53,746 nt of DNA from Streptosporangiaceae bacterium (GTDB lineage Bacteria; Actinomycetota; Actinomycetes; Streptosporangiales; Streptosporangiaceae): the NCBI GenBank assembly GCA_030040155.1, contig JASHUG010000379.1:1-53746 (forward strand), written 5' to 3'. The translations under genes and the position numbers were made by a program. Under the pieces are notes generated by a model that was not told the origin of the DNA, did not search any database, and worked only from the letters and a program-made list of their open reading frames with translations. Shown piece after piece: positions 33,617 through 42,246 of this stretch. Within the stretch, counting starts at the first letter, position 1; each line of letters opens with the position of its first letter.

Positions 33617-35059
33617 ATGGACGAGCGGCGCGTCGGCGTAACTGGCGATGGCAGTCGGGCGGGGTGGTCAGCGCGCCATCCCGGGCCGCGCGGCCCGAGT
33701 CGGAGGGCGCTGCTTGGGGCATCGCTGGCGGCTGGCGCCGTGGCAAGCGCTGGTGCGTGGCGAGCTGCCGCTGCACCGGTCGACGGCCCGGCCGATCACA
33801 GCGCGCCAGTGCGTGCCCCGGGCTCGCTGCCGTATCCCGATCTTGCCGAGGGCACCGACACGATTCCTGAGATCCAGCACATCGTCGTGCTGATGATGGA
33901 GAACCACTCCTACGACAATCACCTCGGGATGCTGGGCCGGCCGGGCGCAGACGGCTTCACGCTGGGTGCCGACGGCAAGCCAACCGCGAGCAACCCCTAT
34001 GCCAACGGCAAGATCCAGCATGCGTTCCGCATGCCGACTACCTGCCAGCTTTCTGGCAAGCCGAGCCAGACCTGGGTCGATAGCCACACGCAACTTGCGG
34101 GTGGGCACATGAACGGTTTCGTCAAGTCAGATAGCGGGCCGGTGGCGATGGGCTACTGGGAGAAGGCCGACCTGCCCTTTTACTACTCGATGGCCTCGAC
34201 GTTCCCGATCGCCGACCGGTACTTCTGCTCGGTGCTCGGCCAGACGTTCCCGAACCGGCGCTACCTGCTGGCGGCGACTTCGCTTGGCATGATCAACGAC
34301 GGAGTGCCCGATCCGCTTGATTACCCGGCGAACGGAACCATCTTCGGCCGTCTGGACAAGGCGGGCGTGTCGTTCTCGGACTACTACTCGCTGCTTGACT
34401 CGTTCCTGCCGACGGCGACGATGGGCCTGTTCCCTGAAGATCTGGTCAGATACGGCGATCACCTGCACGTGATCGACGACTTCTTCGACGCCGCGAAGAG
34501 CGGGACGCTGCCTGGCTTCAGCCTGGTCGAGCCGAACTACGGCAAGACCTCGGAGGAGGACCCGCAGAACATCGTGTACGGCGAGCAGTTCGCGGCGCAG
34601 GTTATCGACGCGGTCATGAGCGGGCCCGGCTGGAAGAACACGCTGCTGATCTGGACCTTCGACGAGCATGGCGGCTACTTCGATCATGTCGTCCCCCCCG
34701 CGGCGGTCGCGCCGGACGACATCGGGCCGAATGGCAATCCCAAGTACAACGGATTCAAGCAGTACGGCTTCCGGGTGCCGTGCGGGATCATCTCGCCGTG
34801 GGCGCGGGAGAACTACGTCTCGCATCAAGTGTTCGATCACTCAAGCATCTGCGCTCTCGTCGAGGCCAAGTGGAACCTGCGCGCGATGACACACCGCGAC
34901 GCCAACGCTCACAACATGCTGGACATGCTGGACCTCACGCAGGCCGCGTTCGCGAAGCCGCCGAAACTGGCCAAGCCGCTGATCGAAACCGATCCGAGTG
35001 CGCTGGCCTGCAACACGAAGGGGCCAGGAACGATCCCGCCGCCTGGGTCGGTCACGTAA
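33617..35059 (+). CDS. phosphoesterase family protein (non-haemolytic phospholipase C / acid phosphatase AcpA-like), Tat-exported
   Basis: Twin-arginine signal SRRALLGASLAAGAVASAGAW. HIVVLMMENHSYDNHLG, TFPNRRYLLAATS and WTFDEHGGYFDHV are hallmark motifs of the phosphoesterase family (PlcN/AcpA). Confidence 0.85.
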   Translation: MDERRVGVTGDGSRAGWSARHPGPRGPSRRALLGASLAAGAVASAGAWRAAAAPVDGPADHSAPVRAPGSLPYPDLAEGTDTIPEIQHIVVLMMENHSYDNHLGMLGRPGADGFTLGADGKPTASNPYANGKIQHAFRMPTTCQLSGKPSQTWVDSHTQLAGGHMNGFVKSDSGPVAMGYWEKADLPFYYSMASTFPIADRYFCSVLGQTFPNRRYLLAATSLGMINDGVPDPLDYPANGTIFGRLDKAGVSFSDYYSLLDSFLPTATMGLFPEDLVRYGDHLHVIDDFFDAAKSGTLPGFSLVEPNYGKTSEEDPQNIVYGEQFAAQVIDAVMSGPGWKNTLLIWTFDEHGGYFDHVVPPAAVAPDDIGPNGNPKYNGFKQYGFRVPCGIISPWARENYVSHQVFDHSSICALVEAKWNLRAMTHRDANAHNMLDMLDLTQAAFAKPPKLAKPLIETDPSALACNTKGPGTIPPPGSVT

Positions 35060-36035
35060 GGCGATCTGGCCGGCGGTCCTGCTGCAGGGCGACCGCCACT
35101 ATGACCAATGCGATCCCGGCCAGGTCCCGCATCGTCGGGACCTGACGCAGAACTACCAGGCCGATCACGGTTGCCGCGGCCGGCAGCAAGGCCAGCATCA
35201 GCGCGAACGTGGCCCGGCTGAGGCGGGCCATCGCGAGATGATCGGTGACGTACGGGATGACCGAAGAGCAGACTCCGACGCCGATGCCCCAGACCAGCCA
35301 GGACGGATGGGCGAACGCCGGGGCGGCGGGAACGATGCCGACCGGCGTCGCGACCACGCATGCGATCAACATCGCCAGGCCAAGCTGGTCGATCCCGCTC
35401 ATCGTCGATGTCCCCTGGACCGGGCGGTTTGCGATCCGGTGGCCGAGTATCACGTAGAGCATGAACCCGGCGCAGTTGCCGAAGGCGAAGACGAACCCGA
35501 GCGGCTGGCTGACCAGCCGGACGCTCGTAAGCAGGAACACGCCGGTGATTGCCAGCGTAAGCGCGAATAGATTCCGGCGCGTGCGCGCACCGGCGGCGGC
35601 GAGGACGACGGTGCCCAGGAACTCAATCGCGCCCACAGTGGCCAGCGGCAGCCGGTCAATGGCTAGGTAAAACAGCGAGTTCATGGTGGCCAGCACGACG
35701 CCGAGCAGCAAGAACACCCGCAGCGCGGACGCATCTGCTTTGGCCAGCAGGCGCCAGGGCCGTCGCCAGATGGCGAACGTCAGCGCCGCGGCCGCGATCC
35801 TGAGCCAGGCGACGCCCAGGACCGCTACGTGCGCAAACAGCAGCACTGCCAGGGACGGCCCGAGGTAGTGGAACACCGCGCTGGTCAGGAAGAACGAGGC
35901 CGGGGGCAGGCGATTCAAGGTCCCCGCGATGCGGCCAGTCGTCCCGGGCTCCCGTGCGGGCGTGCGGGGTATCGAGTCCGTTCTGACCACGTTTTTATTC
36001 TCGAAGCCGAGTCCGGGCAGGTAAATGGTGCACAT
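35052..36035 (-). CDS. EamA/DMT transporter, RhtA-like
   Basis: Ten hydrophobic segments. NSLFYLAIDRLPLATVGAIEFLGTVVLAAAG resembles the threonine/homoserine exporter RhtA. The start is uncertain (possibly TTG near 35918). The 3' end overlaps the phospholipase 3' end by 8 nt. Confidence 0.75.
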   Translation of the reverse strand: MCTIYLPGLGFENKNVVRTDSIPRTPAREPGTTGRIAGTLNRLPPASFFLTSAVFHYLGPSLAVLLFAHVAVLGVAWLRIAAAALTFAIWRRPWRLLAKADASALRVFLLLGVVLATMNSLFYLAIDRLPLATVGAIEFLGTVVLAAAGARTRRNLFALTLAITGVFLLTSVRLVSQPLGFVFAFGNCAGFMLYVILGHRIANRPVQGTSTMSGIDQLGLAMLIACVVATPVGIVPAAPAFAHPSWLVWGIGVGVCSSVIPYVTDHLAMARLSRATFALMLALLPAAATVIGLVVLRQVPTMRDLAGIALVIVAVALQQDRRPDRLT

Positions 36036-36174
36036 AAGGCATAGATGGCTATCTGCCTTCGAAACGAACTCCGTTTGGCCTTATTGCCTGCGGCTGGCCG
36101 GGGCACCCCTCGTTCCCCGCTCGTTACTCACTAGCCTGGTCTCGCTCAGCATGACCAGATGAAGGAGAAACGCG

Positions 36175-36717
36175 GTGGAGAACTTCTCGGCGCCCGAGGT
36201 GACGGCCGACGATCACGTACTCGGCCCGGCTGATGCGCCGGTGACGCTGGTGGAGTACGGCGACTACGAGTGCCCGTTCTGCCGCGGAGCATTCCGTGAC
36301 GTGCACCGGCTGCTTGATCGCTATCCCGGCAAGATCCGGTTCGTGTTCCGCAACTTTCCCATCACCCAGGTCCACCCGCACGCCGAGCAGGCTGCCGAGG
36401 CGGCCGAAGCCGCGGCGGCGCAGGGGAAGTTCTGGGAGATGTACGAGCTGCTGCTGCAGGACTCCGCCGACCTCGACCTGGACTCGCTGCTTGGCTACGC
36501 CGACCGGCTCGGGCTTGACGTGGCCCGGTTCCGCAACGAGGTCGTGGGCAACGTCTACACCGAGCGGATTTCCCGCGACATCGACGAGGGCATCAGGAAC
36601 GGCGTGAACCAGACTCCGAAGTTCTACGTGAACGGCCGGCGCATCGACGGCAAGTTCCCGATGGAGGGCCTGGTCAACGCCGTCCGGGACGCGGTCGATG
36701 CCGCATCGCCCGGCTGA
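36175..36717 (+). CDS. DsbA-family thioredoxin-fold oxidoreductase
   Basis: AAGGAG RBS and GTG start. PVTLVEYGDYECPFCRGAF contains the CPFC active site. GKFWEMYELLL and TPKFYVNGRR are typical of the DsbA/Thioredoxin_4 family. Confidence 0.85.
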   Translation: MENFSAPEVTADDHVLGPADAPVTLVEYGDYECPFCRGAFRDVHRLLDRYPGKIRFVFRNFPITQVHPHAEQAAEAAEAAAAQGKFWEMYELLLQDSADLDLDSLLGYADRLGLDVARFRNEVVGNVYTERISRDIDEGIRNGVNQTPKFYVNGRRIDGKFPMEGLVNAVRDAVDAASPG

Positions 36718-36849
36718 ACCGCGGGACCGGGCGATGCGGCGCGCGATCGGCGCGTCAGGTGCCCAGGTCGGCCGCCGCGGTCGGATCTGCGGCGAGACTC
36801 TCGTCGCCTTCCAGGAGGGCGGGCGCCCGCCGCAGCGCGTCCTGCGGGT

Positions 36850-37368
36850 TTAGCGTCGGTCGCGGCCACGGCGACGCCACCAGCGGACCGCGGCCGGCCG
36901 GTCGGCCCGCTCGGCCGGCTCGGACCGATCGCGCGGCTCGGGCGCCTCGTCGGGCGGTGCTGCAGTTGCCTGTCCCTCGCGCCAGCGGGCGACCATCGCG
37001 TCTTCATCGACCAGCGGCACGAAGATGGGCGGCCCGATCGGGATCCGCCGCCACTTCATGATCCGCTCGTTGAGGTCGGCTACCGCGCTGCGGACCGCCG
37101 CCTCAGACCGCAGGTCCTGCACGGTGTCGGCGAGCTGCGCCGACTCCTTCCTGAGCTTCAGCGGAGTGGGCAGGAGGTGTTCCGCCGGAATGCCTTCCTT
37201 GCGCACCTTCTCCCTGATCCAGGCCATCGCGGCGTCCTCATCGCCGTGGTTCGGAATCGGCTTGCCTGACCCCGGCAGGTCGTCGAAGGCGCCGCGTTCG
37301 GCCGCCTCCTGAACTTGCTGGTCAATCCACGAGGTGAAGGTCATCCCCAGCGGCTTGCGCTCGGTCAT
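36850..37368 (-). CDS. DUF1992 (DnaJC28-like) domain protein
   Basis: WIDQQVQEAAERGAFDDLPGSGKPI is the characteristic DUF1992 N-terminal motif. 172 aa. Confidence 0.75.
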   Translation of the reverse strand: MTERKPLGMTFTSWIDQQVQEAAERGAFDDLPGSGKPIPNHGDEDAAMAWIREKVRKEGIPAEHLLPTPLKLRKESAQLADTVQDLRSEAAVRSAVADLNERIMKWRRIPIGPPIFVPLVDEDAMVARWREGQATAAPPDEAPEPRDRSEPAERADRPAAVRWWRRRGRDRR

Positions 37369-37427
37369 GGCTCTACGTTCTCATGGCCCCGTCCGGGCGA
37401 GCACGCGGGAGGTTAGGTGTTCACCGG

Positions 37428-39476
37428 TCAGCGGCTGCGATCGGTATCAACCCGGCCGCGCCCGAAGGCATCGACCTGCTTCCAGCGACCGGGCACGTCG
37501 AGCAGCTGGAGGTTGCCGAGCCACTTCGGCATGGCCGGGTCGACCACGAGGTTGTCGCCGTGCGGCTCCAGGCCAAGAGCCACCCGCAGCAGGAGCAGCG
37601 GCGCGCCCGTCGACCATGCCTGCGGGCTACAGGCCGTCGGGTAGCGGACCGGGTACATCGTCGATGCCCGCTGGTAGCCACCGAAGGCTTCGGGCAACCG
37701 GCCGTCGAAGACCTCCGCCGCCTGCAGGATGCCGGCGACGATGCGTGCGGCCTCCTCCTTGAACCCGTACCGGCGCAGGCCCCAGGCGATGAAGGAGTTG
37801 TCGAACGGCCACACCGTGCCCACGTGATAGCCGATGGGGTTGTAGCGAGCCTCGCCCTCGGCGAGCGTGCGCACTCCCCAGCCGGAAAACAGCCGCGGAC
37901 CGAGCAGGTGCCGGGCGAGCGCTCGGGCCTTGGTCTTGTCAACGATCCCGCTCCACAACAGGTGCCCATTGTTGGAGGTGAGTGAGTCCACTTGCCGGCC
38001 GTCTATGTCGAGGGCGACCGCGAAGTACTCGCCTTCCTCGACCCAGAAATCACGGTTGAACCTGCGCTTCAGGTCGGCGGCCTCCTTCTCCAGCCGGTCG
38101 GCGAGCGCCGGATCCTTCCATACCTGCCGCGCCAGCCGGGCACCCCTGACCTTGGCGTCGTAGGCGTAGCCCTGGAGCTCGCAGGTCGCCCGCGGGAAGC
38201 CGGGCAGGTCGCCGTCGCGGTAGGAGATCGAGTCCCAGGAGTCTTTCCAGCACTGGTTCTCCAGCCCGGTCTTCTCGTTCCGCCGCTGATACGACACGTA
38301 GCCGTTGCCCTGCAGATCGGCGTACTCGTCGATCCAGTTGAGCGCGGCCCTGGCGGCATGCTCCAGGTCCCTGACCAGCTTCGCGTCTCCGGTCCAACGC
38401 TCGTACTCGTCAAGCAGGACGACATAGAGCGGAGTCGCGTCAGCGGTGCCGTAGTAGGGCGAATGCGGTCGCTCCTCGAACGCAGTCAGCTCGCCGTAGC
38501 GCATCTCGTGCGGGATGCGGCCCGGATCCTCGTCCCGGAAGTCGTCAATGCGGGTGCCTTGGCGCTCGGCCAGTGCCAGCAGGGTTGTCGCCGCGAGTTC
38601 TGAGGTGAACGGCAGCGACTGCAGGCTGGTGAAGATGCTGTCGCGGCCAAAGATGGTCATGAACCATGGCAGCCCGGCGGCCGGCAGTGACCGGCCCGGC
38701 ATGGTCAGCGTGGAGAAGCGGAGCGCCGCCAGGTCGGTCAGGCAGCGGCGGTAGATCGACTCCAGCGGCTCCCAGTCGCATTCCAGCCGGGGCGCCCGTC
38801 GGAGCCATTTCTCGAGCCCGCGGGCCATGTCCCGGCGGACCTGGAGTCGCCCGGCTACCAGAGAGGGCGTCGATCCGTCGTAGGACCCAGACATGACGAC
38901 GACATCGAGGTCGGTCCGCCACTCGCCATGGGGCGGCACGGTAATGCCGAAGGCCAGCCCGTTCTCATCGATGACGGCCTCGGCGGTCGACGAGATGCGG
39001 GTTTCGCGCCCATAGGTCTCCCGCTGATAACCGAGGACGAGGGTGCCGTCTACTGCCTGTGCGCGGTAGCGGCCCTTCTTCTTGAGCGCGTCCTTCACCT
39101 CGAAGAGGTCGGCGAAGTCGCTGGCAGCATCGATCCGGATCTCGAGGGTCACCGGCTCGTTCTCGTGGTTGAGGACGCGAAGCTCCTCGTGGAATCCGTC
39201 GGCGACCTCCCGCTGGCGGATCACCGACAACTTGGAGTCGACGTAGACGGTGCCGGTGCCGGGCACGAGGAAAAACCTGGTCTCGAAGTACTGGAGGTCG
39301 TCGGTTGACAGCGCGGTCAGTCGCTTCCCGTTGACCGTCAGCACCCAGCGGGACAAGAACCGGGTGTCGAAGGAGAACAGGCCGGTGGGATCGGTCAGCG
39401 AAGCTTCGATGTCGCCGCAGTCGTCGCTGACGACGAAGGTATTTCCCTCGAGAATCTGGACCAGTGCGTCACTCAT
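37428..39476 (-). CDS. amylo-alpha-1,6-glucosidase / glycogen-debranching-enzyme-like (GDE_N_bis + GDE_C) protein
   Basis: Trimmed to ATG 39476 (MSDALVQILEGNTFVVSDDCGDI...LFSFDTRFLSRW). The C-terminal six-hairpin glycosidase motifs are LPWFMTIFGRDS and GYHVGTVWPFDNSFIAWGL. Confidence 0.85.
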   Translation of the reverse strand: MSDALVQILEGNTFVVSDDCGDIEASLTDPTGLFSFDTRFLSRWVLTVNGKRLTALSTDDLQYFETRFFLVPGTGTVYVDSKLSVIRQREVADGFHEELRVLNHENEPVTLEIRIDAASDFADLFEVKDALKKKGRYRAQAVDGTLVLGYQRETYGRETRISSTAEAVIDENGLAFGITVPPHGEWRTDLDVVVMSGSYDGSTPSLVAGRLQVRRDMARGLEKWLRRAPRLECDWEPLESIYRRCLTDLAALRFSTLTMPGRSLPAAGLPWFMTIFGRDSIFTSLQSLPFTSELAATTLLALAERQGTRIDDFRDEDPGRIPHEMRYGELTAFEERPHSPYYGTADATPLYVVLLDEYERWTGDAKLVRDLEHAARAALNWIDEYADLQGNGYVSYQRRNEKTGLENQCWKDSWDSISYRDGDLPGFPRATCELQGYAYDAKVRGARLARQVWKDPALADRLEKEAADLKRRFNRDFWVEEGEYFAVALDIDGRQVDSLTSNNGHLLWSGIVDKTKARALARHLLGPRLFSGWGVRTLAEGEARYNPIGYHVGTVWPFDNSFIAWGLRRYGFKEEAARIVAGILQAAEVFDGRLPEAFGGYQRASTMYPVRYPTACSPQAWSTGAPLLLLRVALGLEPHGDNLVVDPAMPKWLGNLQLLDVPGRWKQVDAFGRGRVDTDRSR

Positions 39477-39895
39477 TCCGGCCTCCGCTGACTCATCACG
39501 GTCGCGCCGGTAATCGGCGCGACCCGGCCAGTTGAACCGGGCGGGCCGGGCAGGCACCGCTGGAACATGATGCACGCGGCCATGCTGCCCTCGCAGACGA
39601 GCAGGCCGCGCAGCATGGCCGCCTGGGCGTTGAGCCTGCCCGTCACGATGGCCTCGAAGTGTGGCCGGTCAGCCCGCACGATCGCATCGGCTGCGCCATC
39701 TTCCCTCGTCACGGTGACGTCTCCGTTGGACACCGCCAGGTGCCAGCGCTCGACTTCGGCGCCGTCGGCCACGTCGAACCGCAGCGTCGCCGACTGGCCC
39801 TCGAACGTCGCCAGGTGACCCGACTCGGCGAGCACCGCGAAGAACTCGCTGATCGGGTCCGATGCCTTCGTCAGGCCGGCGCTTGCTGTCGGCAC
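39473..39895 (-). CDS. SCP2 sterol-binding-like domain protein
   Basis: 140 aa. TLRFDVADGAEVERWHLAVSNGDVTV...ADAIVRADRPHFEAIVTGRLNAQAAMLRGLLVCEG is the SCP2 pattern. The stop overlaps the GDE start (ATGA). Confidence 0.7.
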   Translation of the reverse strand: MPTASAGLTKASDPISEFFAVLAESGHLATFEGQSATLRFDVADGAEVERWHLAVSNGDVTVTREDGAADAIVRADRPHFEAIVTGRLNAQAAMLRGLLVCEGSMAACIMFQRCLPGPPGSTGRVAPITGATVMSQRRPE

Positions 39896-40109
39896 CGCGA
39901 TACCCCTTCCCGGCTTTCTAGGTCGGAGTTACCCCCGCCGGGTCTTTACCCCGCGCGCGCTCGGGCCTCACCTGGTGGCCTGGCCTGCGATGACGAAGTC
40001 ACGGTTGAAGGGGACGGGATTTTCCTGACTTTGACAGCCGAGAACCTGGCTGCTGTGTTCCCCCGCTAGCTCGCCCCCGACCTGCCGCGATGCGGCGGAG
40101 ACAGGCCGG

Positions 40110-40244
40110 CTATGCCAGGTGGTGGAAGAACGTGATGATACCGCCGATCCAGCCGTGGACAGTGTTACCAGCCGCAGCAGGGTTGGAGACTATCCACACG
40201 ACGATCAGGATCGCCACGATTATGCCGATCGTTTTCTGCAGCAA
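40110..40244 (-). CDS. unannotated 44-aa small membrane protein (candidate)
   Basis: Below the track's size cutoff. TTG start at 40244, 10 nt after GGGAGG. Sequence LLQKTIGIIVAILIVVWIVSNPAAAGNTVHGWIGGIITFFHHLA, i.e. two hydrophobic helices. Stop TAG at 40112..40110. Confidence 0.35.
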   Translation of the reverse strand: MLQKTIGIIVAILIVVWIVSNPAAAGNTVHGWIGGIITFFHHLA

Positions 40245-40489
40245 CGTGAGTTCGCCTCCCGACCCTCGTCTAAGTGCCCGGGGTCACGGTCGCATGCTGA
40301 CTGATGCAGGCAACCGGGGCCAATCCGATTGCCGTTGGTCCGACTCCAATATTACCTACCTTGGCGGGAAAGATCAGCAGGCGGTAACGGCGATTTGCGA
40401 ATGTCGGATTGCGGCAATTTGGCGGCACTCCTGACGATGTCGATGCCCTGGTCAGCCGGCCAGCGCGCGACGCCCGCGACAGGATGCCG

Positions 40490-41032
40490 TCAGGCCCGAT
40501 CTGCCGGGTCGGCCGTGGCGCGGGCCGATGTGCTGTCGGCAACCTGAGTGCGGGCCCGCTCGAGCCAGCCGTCGAGCACCGGGCCGTCGGCGAACTCCGT
40601 CTCGAGCAGGAACAGGCCGGCCGTCGGGCAGGTCGCGCCGAGTTCGACGAGGACCGGCTTGAGCAGCATGTCAGCCGCGAGCGCGTGCTTCCAGTGGCCG
40701 CCGAGCATCAGTGGCACGGCCGTCACGCCCGACAGCGATCCGCCGGCGAACCGGTCGAGGAACAGCTTGAGCAGGCCGGTGTAGCTGGCCTTGTAGGTCG
40801 GGCTCGCAACGACCACGAGATCGCTGGCCTGGACGGCTGCGATGAGCGAGGCCACGCCGGGATCGGACCAGTCCAGCAGGGCGGCGCCCAGATCGGTGAG
40901 GTCTATGTCGAGATCGGCGGGGCGCCCAGCCAGTCGCTCAGCCACAATGTGCGCGGCCTGATAGGTGCGGGATCGGGGCTTTGGGTTTCCGACCACGACT
41001 GCGACGCTGCGGAGGCTCACTGCCGTCTCCAT
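40490..41032 (-). CDS. NADPH-dependent FMN reductase family protein
   Basis: Trimmed to ATG 41032. VAVVVGNPKPRSRTYQAA...LVVVASPTYKASYTGLLKLFLD is the FMN_red signature. Confidence 0.8.
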   Translation of the reverse strand: METAVSLRSVAVVVGNPKPRSRTYQAAHIVAERLAGRPADLDIDLTDLGAALLDWSDPGVASLIAAVQASDLVVVASPTYKASYTGLLKLFLDRFAGGSLSGVTAVPLMLGGHWKHALAADMLLKPVLVELGATCPTAGLFLLETEFADGPVLDGWLERARTQVADSTSARATADPADRA

Positions 41033-41041
41033 TCCTCGGTC

Positions 41042-41112
41042 GATTTCCGTGGCCCGGCCGGCGGGCCCACGGACTAGATTTCCGTGGCCCGGCGGGCAGG
41101 CCCACAGACCTA
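41042..41112. repeat. two tandem ~35-bp imperfect palindromes in a divergent promoter region
   Basis: GATTTCCGTGGCCCGGCCGGCGGGCCCACGGACTA (41042..41076) is directly followed by GATTTCCGTGGCCCGGCGGGCAGGCCCACAGACCTA (41077..41112). Each copy contains the TCCGTGGCCC...GGGCCCAC(G/A)GA inverted arms. Confidence 0.7.
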
Positions 41113-41198
41113 ATCGTCGCGATGATCGGCTCACGCGCGCCACTCGGACGCGGCTTGCGGCTGCCGCACCCGGCCGGCCACGATAGACTATAGCTACT

Positions 41199-42191
41199 AT
41201 GTCGATCGGGAAAGACGATACTGCCCCCAGGGCACGTAGCCGGACAAACCAGGCGCCCGATTCGTCTATTGTTCAGCTTGTGACCAGCGAAGACCTCCCT
41301 GTCCTGCCAGGCGGGCTCGCCCCGGACCCGGCCCGTTCAGCTCCCGTGATCAATCCGCTGGGAGCCGGTCCTGGCAACTGGGCAGGCGGGCCGACGGCTG
41401 TGGCCGATGGTCACGGAGTAGTGCTCGCCTATCGGCTGAGGCGGCCGGTCGGCGAGGGCCGCGGCTGCTGCGTGGTGATCGCGCGGTCGGCCGACGGCGA
41501 GCACTTCGAGACTCTCCAAACGATCACCAGGGACGAGATGGACGCCGAGTCGCTTGAGCGGCCGGCACTCGTGCTGACCGAGGACGGCACGTGGCGGCTG
41601 TACCTGAGCTGCGCGACCACTGGGACCAAACACTGGCGGGTCGAGCTGATGGAGGCCCCGGCTCCCGACGCGTTCGACCCCGGGCGCCGCTCCGCCGTCC
41701 TTCCCGGCGACCAGACGCGCGCCGTCAAGGACCCGGTGTTCGCCTGGCGGGGCGGCAAGTGGCACCTGTGGGCGTGTGTGCACCCGCTGACCGAACCCGA
41801 GGACACCGACCGCATGTGGACCGAGTACGCCGTGAGCGCGGACGGGCTGGAGTGGATGTGGCACGGCCCCGCGCTCTCGCCGCGGCCGGGTGAGTGGGAT
41901 GCGCGCGGCGTCCGGGTCACGGCCGTGCGGTTCACGCCCGATGGCGTGATGGCCCTTTACGACGGCCGGGCCAGCGCGGCAGAGAACTTCGAGGAACGCA
42001 CCGGCGTCGCGTTCGGACCCTCTCCCGATGCGCTGACAGCGTTCGGCTCGCAGCCGGCCGCGCAGTCTCCGCACGCCGGGAACGGCTTGCGGTATGTCAG
42101 CGTCCTGGAGCTTCCCGACGGGCGGGAGCGGCTTTACTACGAGCTGACGCGCGCCGACGGCGCGCACGAGCTGCGCACCGAGCTCCGGTAG
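41199..42191 (+). CDS. hypothetical protein, beta-propeller glycosidase-like (GH32/43/68/130-type fold suspected)
   Basis: 330 aa with no signal peptide. Repeated beta-strand/Trp blocks (GVVLAYRLRRP, DGTWRLYLSC, KDPVFAWRGGKWHLW, GEWDARGVRVTAV, RERLYYE). The fold call is tentative. Confidence 0.55.
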   Translation: MSIGKDDTAPRARSRTNQAPDSSIVQLVTSEDLPVLPGGLAPDPARSAPVINPLGAGPGNWAGGPTAVADGHGVVLAYRLRRPVGEGRGCCVVIARSADGEHFETLQTITRDEMDAESLERPALVLTEDGTWRLYLSCATTGTKHWRVELMEAPAPDAFDPGRRSAVLPGDQTRAVKDPVFAWRGGKWHLWACVHPLTEPEDTDRMWTEYAVSADGLEWMWHGPALSPRPGEWDARGVRVTAVRFTPDGVMALYDGRASAAENFEERTGVAFGPSPDALTAFGSQPAAQSPHAGNGLRYVSVLELPDGRERLYYELTRADGAHELRTELR

Positions 42192-42246
42192 GCTCGGCGC
42201 GGTCGCCCTTACCGTGGCGCGGCGGGCGCCGCGTTCGCGGGCTGCC

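Noticed and set aside
36830-36851. Hairpin CCGCAG-N6-CTGCGG followed by GTTT after the DsbA-like gene, considered as an intrinsic terminator
   Set aside because: The stem is only 6 bp, the T-tract only 3 nt, and the hairpin overlaps the stop codon of the convergent DUF1992 gene. That is too weak to call.
41042-41112. CRISPR array
   Set aside because: There are only two directly adjacent copies with no spacers between them, so this is a tandem palindromic repeat rather than a CRISPR array.
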